Source of the DNA: a bacterium
GTDB taxonomy: Bacteria > Margulisbacteria > WOR-1 > O2-12-FULL-45-9 > XYB2-FULL-48-7
Length of the DNA: 64,000 nucleotides
Assembly: GCA_043812655.1 (NCBI GenBank)
Contig: JBDRLW010000003.1
Location: forward strand, 32,001-96,000
Reading direction: 5' to 3'
The translations under genes and the position numbers were made by a program. Position 1 is the first letter of the stretch. The number at the start of each line of letters is the position of its first letter. Below, one piece after another: positions 56,434 through 64,000 of the stretch. Below the pieces are notes generated by a model. The model worked only from the letters and a program-made list of their open reading frames with translations. It did no database searches and was not told where the DNA came from.

Positions 56434-57318
56434 ATGCTTAATATAGAATTGTTAGGGCTTAAGCTAAAAAATCCGATCATGGTCGCTTCGGGGACCTTTG
56501 GTTGGGGAAAAGAATACGCGGATTATATTGATTTAAATCAACTTGGCGCAATCATCACCAAGAGCATTACGCTTCAAGCTCGAGCCGGCAACCCACCACC
56601 CCGGATAGTTGAAACGCCAAGCGGGATGCTTAATTCGATCGGCCTGCAAAACGATGGCATAGAATCGTTCATAAAAAACGACCTCCCCTTCCTGGCTAAG
56701 TTTGAAACACCAACCATTGTGAATATCGCCGGCGAGTCAGCAAATGAATATTCTAAACTCGCGCAGCTATTAGATAAAGAAAACACCGTTAAAGCGATCG
56801 AAATAAATATTTCTTGCCCTAATGTAAAGAAAGGCGGCATGTCTTTTGGTGTCGACGCCAAATTAACAAAAGAAGTTGTTTCCGCCGCGCGCAAAGCAAC
56901 TAAAAAGCCGCTGATCGCCAAGTTAACTCCTAACGTAACGGATATCACCGTGATCGCCAAAGCGGCCGTTGATGGCGGCGCTGACGCCCTCTCCCTCATC
57001 AATACCGTAGTCGGCATGGCGATCGATATTGAAACTGGAAAATCAAGGCTTGGGATGTTAACCGGCGGATTATCCGGCCCGGCGATCAAACCGATCGCGG
57101 TCAGGATGGTTTATGAAGCCGCTCACGCGGTGAAAGTGCCGATTATCGGGATCGGCGGGATCATGTCCGGGAGCGACGCGGTCGAGTTTTTCTTAGCCGG
57201 TGCTAAGGCGGTTCAAATCGGCACCTGCAATTTTGTTGATACCAAGGCTCCAATTCGTATCATTCAAGAGGTAGCCAATTATGTACATCGACACCCACGC
57301 GCACTTAACTTTTCCTGA
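56434..57318 (+). CDS. pyrD: Dihydroorotate dehydrogenase (family 1B)
   Basis: NPIMVASGTFG, NISCPN, AKLTPN, GGLSGPAIKP. Confidence 0.95.
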   Translation: MLNIELLGLKLKNPIMVASGTFGWGKEYADYIDLNQLGAIITKSITLQARAGNPPPRIVETPSGMLNSIGLQNDGIESFIKNDLPFLAKFETPTIVNIAGESANEYSKLAQLLDKENTVKAIEINISCPNVKKGGMSFGVDAKLTKEVVSAARKATKKPLIAKLTPNVTDITVIAKAAVDGGADALSLINTVVGMAIDIETGKSRLGMLTGGLSGPAIKPIAVRMVYEAAHAVKVPIIGIGGIMSGSDAVEFFLAGAKAVQIGTCNFVDTKAPIRIIQEVANYVHRHPRALNFS

Positions 57319-58048
57319 ATTTAAACCGGATCTTCCCGAAGTTATTAAACGAGCCAAAGAAGCCGGGCTTGAAGCCATAATTAATATCGCTCTTGATGAT
57401 GAAGCGATTAAACGATCGTTAGAGATCGCGGCCGCTTACCCCGGTTATATTTTTAACGCGGCCGGCATCCATCCCCACGAAGCATCCACCTGGCACGAAA
57501 ACGATTATCAGAAATTCAAAGACTTATCTTTAAAGCACACTTTCGTCGCCATTGGTGAGATCGGCCTTGATTATCATTATAAGTTATCACCTATAGAAGA
57601 GCAGACAAAGGTTTTCCGTAAATTTCTCCAGCTCGCTCAAGAGCTTGATCTGCCGGCGATCATCCATTCCCGTGAAGCCGCCAAAGATACGATCGATATC
57701 TTAAAAGAGGAGAATAAAGGCAAACTTAAAGGAGTTCTTCACTGCTTTGCCGGCGATATGGAACTGGGTAAAATAGCGCTGGAAATGGGTTTATATATCT
57801 CTTATACCGGGAACATCACCTTCCCCAAAGCGGAGAATTTCCGTCAAACCATTAAACAAATCCCTTTAGATCGATTATTAATAGAAACTGATTGCCCGTT
57901 TCTGGCACCACAACAATATCGAGGTAAAAGAAATGAGCCGGCCTATGTTGTTAAGGTGGCGGAGAAGATCGCGGAAATAAAAGGTATAACGCTAGAAGAA
58001 GTCGCTAAACAAACCACAAAGAACGCAAAAGTTTTATTTATTGGCTGA
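57281..58048 (+). CDS. tatD: TatD-family hydrolase
   Basis: IDTHAHL, GIHPH, GEIGLDY, HSRE, ETDCPFL. Confidence 0.92.
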   Translation: MYIDTHAHLTFPEFKPDLPEVIKRAKEAGLEAIINIALDDEAIKRSLEIAAAYPGYIFNAAGIHPHEASTWHENDYQKFKDLSLKHTFVAIGEIGLDYHYKLSPIEEQTKVFRKFLQLAQELDLPAIIHSREAAKDTIDILKEENKGKLKGVLHCFAGDMELGKIALEMGLYISYTGNITFPKAENFRQTIKQIPLDRLLIETDCPFLAPQQYRGKRNEPAYVVKVAEKIAEIKGITLEEVAKQTTKNAKVLFIG

Positions 58049-58301
58049 CTTTGCGGGCATAAAGATAAGCATTACCAGCCGAGACGGCGGTTGTTCCAGC
58101 TAATATAATATTCCAGTTGATCGCGCCGGGAGTTACCTGCGCAGCAATGACATAACCCCAAAAAGTAGCAAAGGGGACAGTTTGCCAAAAAGTAACGTCA
58201 AATTCTGTCCAGAAGTTCCGTTTTTCCGCTTCATTGGTGGCGGCAAAACAGAACCCGCCCAAGAGAACAATAATTAATAATAGCGATAATATCCTGCGCA
58301 C
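58038..58301 (-). CDS. Small membrane/exported hypothetical protein
   Basis: Signal-like N-terminus, directly follows bioC. Confidence 0.5.
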   Translation of the reverse strand: MRRILSLLLIIVLLGGFCFAATNEAEKRNFWTEFDVTFWQTVPFATFWGYVIAAQVTPGAINWNIILAGTTAVSAGNAYLYARKVSQ

Positions 58302-58302
58302 G

Positions 58303-59031
58303 TTAAGGAATTATAACATGGCCGAAGATGATCTCATAAGTCGCGGGGATAAAACCGTCCTGGCCATATTTATTCTGATATTTCCTAAAGGCAGAAAAAT
58401 TGACCGACTTGCTTTTATCTGTGGTTTGCGCCCCGATCCCTTTTAAATGAAGAAGAAGCTCTTTAATGGTCTTAAATTTTTGCTCGACTTTTATTGTCTC
58501 AAAGCTTACTACTGCAAATTTATCTTTAGCCAAAGAAATCAACTCGTTAATAGAAAGGAATGTATTGACCCTAAAACCGCTCTCTTTTAATTCTTTCAAC
58601 GTCTCCGGCCCAAAAGTTGAAAAATGGAACCCCCCCCCAGGCTTAAGAACTCTGCTAACTTCAGAAAAGACTTTGCCGGCATCCATCCATTGAAGTGAGG
58701 CATTAGAAACAACCAGGTCAAAAGCATCATCAGTAAAGGGAAGTGCTTCTCCATCACCAAGCTGACAGCCTTCATGCTTATTGCTTGCCACTTCGACCAT
58801 TCCCGGCGCAATATCAAGGCCGATCATTGAAGCTCCTGGGAATAACCCTTTCATCTTGCCAATTAGATAACCGGTGCCGCAGCCAAGGTCGAGGATTGAA
58901 ACAAGTTCGGAGTTAGGAGTTGGGAGTTGGGATAATAATTTGTCAGCCAAGGTCTTCTGTAAAACAGCGTGCTGGTCGTAATTTTTGGCGCTGGCGGAAA
59001 AATTACGGCTAATTTCTTTTTTATCCAACAT
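58303..59031 (-). CDS. bioC: Malonyl-ACP O-methyltransferase
   Basis: FSASAKNYDQHAVLQ, LDLGCGTG, SNASLQW, STFGPETLKEL. Confidence 0.9.
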   Translation of the reverse strand: MLDKKEISRNFSASAKNYDQHAVLQKTLADKLLSQLPTPNSELVSILDLGCGTGYLIGKMKGLFPGASMIGLDIAPGMVEVASNKHEGCQLGDGEALPFTDDAFDLVVSNASLQWMDAGKVFSEVSRVLKPGGGFHFSTFGPETLKELKESGFRVNTFLSINELISLAKDKFAVVSFETIKVEQKFKTIKELLLHLKGIGAQTTDKSKSVNFSAFRKYQNKYGQDGFIPATYEIIFGHVIIP

Positions 59032-59677
59032 ATTTTTTAAATTCTTCAGGGGCTTCCAGCATCGGCGCGTGCCCTGCCCCTTTAAGTATGATCAATTTAC
59101 TGTTTTTAATTTCTTTGTTCATATATTCCGCCGCGCCAGGCAAACAGATCTCGTCTTGGTCGCCATGGATGATTAGAGTTGGGCAGTTAATTTTTGGCAA
59201 TAACGATCTCAAGTCAACTTTGGCTAGTTCAGCCAATTCTTCAAAAACCCTCACCCCATTCCCCTCTCCCCCGCCTACGGCGGGCAAGCACGGTAGAGGG
59301 GTAGTCTTTATTTTATCGGTAAAGATTAAATCATAAAAAACCTTGATACCTTCCACTTTTATTTTCTTCTCCAATCTTCGCAATATGGCTAAAGGGATCG
59401 CGTGGGGAAAATCATCGGAACGAATAAATTTGGGGGTTGTTGAGACTAGAACTAGAGAATTGATCTTCTCTGGCGCCATCGCTGCCATCAGCATCGCTAC
59501 CATCCCTCCCATCGACCAGCCGACTATCCTTATCTTTTCTCCTACGCCTATGCCTTTTAATAATCCCTCCGCCGTCCCTTTTATATCTTCAAACATCAAA
59601 TGCGGCTTTTCACCATTGGTTTGATTGCGCCAAACCTCCGGAGTAGTCGCAAAGCCATGTAAATAAACGGTTTCCAT
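59021..59677 (-). CDS. bioH: Pimeloyl-ACP methyl ester esterase (alpha/beta hydrolase)
   Basis: LHGF, GWSMGG, HGDQD, GHAP; next to bioC. Confidence 0.8.
   Translation of the reverse strand: METVYLHGFATTPEVWRNQTNGEKPHLMFEDIKGTAEGLLKGIGVGEKIRIVGWSMGGMVAMLMAAMAPEKINSLVLVSTTPKFIRSDDFPHAIPLAILRRLEKKIKVEGIKVFYDLIFTDKIKTTPLPCLPAVGGGEGNGVRVFEELAELAKVDLRSLLPKINCPTLIIHGDQDEICLPGAAEYMNKEIKNSKLIILKGAGHAPMLEAPEEFKKYVG
59247..59302 (+). repeat. REP-like palindrome with nested CCCGCC-GGCGGG, in frame inside bioH
   Basis: accctcaccccattcccctctcc cccgcctacggcggg caagcacggtagagggg. Confidence 0.7.
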
Positions 59678-59700
59678 ATAACCATGTTATAATTTATCAG

Positions 59701-60684
59701 ATGAATTATCAAGAATTAGCCGACAGAATTATTACTAAGAACGATCTTGATCCGTTAGAAGCCCTTTCTCTTCTCCATACTCCCAACTCCCAACTCCTAA
59801 CTTTTCTAGCTGCCGCCGAAAAGATCAAGTGGCACTTTAAAGGAAATAAAGTAAAACTCTGTGCCATTGTTAACGCCAAATCCGGCCGCTGCAGTGAAAA
59901 CTGCAACTTCTGCGCCCAATCAAGCCATCACCAGACTGGCGTAAAAACCTACCCGCTTCTATCGGCGGAAGAGATGACTAACGCTGCTAAATCGGCCGAA
60001 AAAGTGATGTCCGCGACTTGTTTCTCGATTGTCACCTCCGGCAAAACTGTCCATTCAGAGGCGGAAATGGCTGCCATTGCCTCATCTGTCCAGGCAATGA
60101 CCAATGAAACAAACCTCAACCGTTGCGTCTCTCTTGGCATTTTAAATAAAGAACAGATCATGCAATTAAAAGAATCGGGGCTAAAGCGTCTCCACCATAA
60201 CCTTGAAACAGCCGAAAGTTTTTTTAGTCGGATGTGTACGACCCATACTTATCAAGATCGGATCAAAACGATTAAATTGGCCAAAGAAGCGGGACTTGAA
60301 GTCTGCTCCGGCGGGATCTTTGGCCTGGGTGAAACCTTGGAGCAAAGGATTGAACTCGCTTTTGCCTTAAAAGAATTGAAAGTCCAGTCTGTCCCCATTA
60401 ATATCTTAAACCCAATCCCTGGAACCCCAGCGGAAAAAAATCACCAACCCCTCACCCCATTTGACACCCTAAAACTTGTTGCCGCTTATCGCTTTATTTT
60501 GCCAACCTGTGATCTTGGCCTTTTTGGCGGCCGGGAGCAAGCGCTCGGCAGCCTACAACCATTAATGTTCTTAGCCGGCGCCAATGTTACGCTAGTCGGC
60601 AACTATCTAACTACTAACGGCCAAGCTCCGGAAAATGATCTGCGAATGATCAGAGATCTGGAATTAGTGGTTGCCAACAACTAA
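59701..60684 (+). CDS. bioB: Biotin synthase
   Basis: CSENCNFCAQS, HNLET, CSGGIFGLGE, GNYLTT. Confidence 0.95.
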   Translation: MNYQELADRIITKNDLDPLEALSLLHTPNSQLLTFLAAAEKIKWHFKGNKVKLCAIVNAKSGRCSENCNFCAQSSHHQTGVKTYPLLSAEEMTNAAKSAEKVMSATCFSIVTSGKTVHSEAEMAAIASSVQAMTNETNLNRCVSLGILNKEQIMQLKESGLKRLHHNLETAESFFSRMCTTHTYQDRIKTIKLAKEAGLEVCSGGIFGLGETLEQRIELAFALKELKVQSVPINILNPIPGTPAEKNHQPLTPFDTLKLVAAYRFILPTCDLGLFGGREQALGSLQPLMFLAGANVTLVGNYLTTNGQAPENDLRMIRDLELVVANN

Positions 60685-60781
60685 ACTCTTCTGTTATGAT
60701 ATGCTTAAATCTAAAGACTCATTAAATGAGGGGGTGATAGCGAACAGTTTTTTTGGCCCAAAATATTTCTAGGAGGGAAAA

Positions 60782-61423
60782 ATGAAGAATTTTATTGGTG
60801 TATTGCTTGTTGTTGTTTTATTTGCTTCTGCCTCTTTCGCGGAATTATTAACGACTGCCAACCCTATCGGCCAAGGTAAATGGGCTGTCTTGGGGGCTTA
60901 CGCGTCGGATTCTCAGTTGTTTAACTCTAATGTCACTGGTTCGACCATTGGCGGTTATGTCGGTTATGGCCTAGATAATAAGAGTGATCTCCTTATCCAA
61001 GCCGGACAAACAACTTTTGGTAATGGCTTATCCGCAAAAATTACCGGCTATGGCGCTTTTCTAAAACACCAGCTATTTGCTGAAAATGCTGATCTTCCAG
61101 TTTCAATCGCTGTTGGAGCCGGTTATAAGTTAACATCTTATGATAACACTGCCGGATCTGTGACTGGAGGCAATCAATTAATCGCCGCGGTCGGAGTCAG
61201 TAAGATGATGCTTCCTTTAATTCCTTACGGCGGCCTGACTTACAGGGGAACAAATTTTAATGGCGTCACCATGCTAACCCAAACGGATCTAACTGTAGGC
61301 TCCGCTTTCCCTTGGTCAGAACAAGGTGTGATCTTTGTTGAATATACTAACCAATTTTCATCACAGAACGGGCTAAATTATACTGCCGGACAGATCGCTG
61401 CTGGTGTCGGCTATACGATCTAA
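60782..61423 (+). CDS. Putative outer-membrane beta-barrel protein
   Basis: Signal peptide, Gly/aromatic alternating strands, C-terminal GVGYTI; AGGAGG RBS. Confidence 0.6.
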   Translation: MKNFIGVLLVVVLFASASFAELLTTANPIGQGKWAVLGAYASDSQLFNSNVTGSTIGGYVGYGLDNKSDLLIQAGQTTFGNGLSAKITGYGAFLKHQLFAENADLPVSIAVGAGYKLTSYDNTAGSVTGGNQLIAAVGVSKMMLPLIPYGGLTYRGTNFNGVTMLTQTDLTVGSAFPWSEQGVIFVEYTNQFSSQNGLNYTAGQIAAGVGYTI

Positions 61424-61445
61424 TTCCAGTTTCTTGTGAGCTTAG

Positions 61446-61477
61446 ACAGCCCCGTTTAACCGCGGGGCTGTTTTTTT
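61446..61477 (+). terminator. Rho-independent terminator
   Basis: acagccccg-tttaaccg-cggggctgt followed by a T run. Confidence 0.8.
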
Positions 61478-63999
<2,522 letters not shown>

Positions 64000-64000
64000 T

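Noticed and set aside
60716..60780. Possible riboswitch upstream of the beta-barrel gene
   Set aside because: Only a short hairpin is visible and I recognise no aptamer consensus.

Overview
Bacterial chromosome window of moderate GC. My inference from gene style and content is an uncultured lineage such as Ca. Saganbacteria/WOR-1, but this cannot be verified here. From 1 to 19 kb the minus strand holds a surface-polysaccharide locus: PseB/PseC, two NeuB-family synthases, ACP/FabH/SDR acyl-tailoring genes, Wzx, Wzz and a Wza-like protein. It is interleaved with two AbiEii-type toxin-antitoxin pairs and a four-helix-bundle gene. Housekeeping genes follow (carAB, ispE, rpsT, accDA, rho, murF), then a trehalose/osmostress cluster, a stripped-down flagellar type III export operon with a short FliA-like sigma factor, pyrKD split by an IS200-type transposase, and biotin genes. 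The most unusual feature is at three tRNA loci (about 27.2-27.8, 33.8-34.1 and 52.6-53.0 kb). At each, an intact tRNA sits inside a second tRNA copy that has been split by precisely inserted hairpin cassettes, mainly paired TCCCG...CGGGA units. At the Val locus, removing the inserts rebuilds a 74/74 identical copy. Also notable: a sigma28-type promoter shared by the export operon and two orphan enzyme-like genes (candidate secreted substrates), a REP-doublet family tied to the Y1 transposase, in-frame heptamer arrays in core enzymes, and many apparently leaderless genes.
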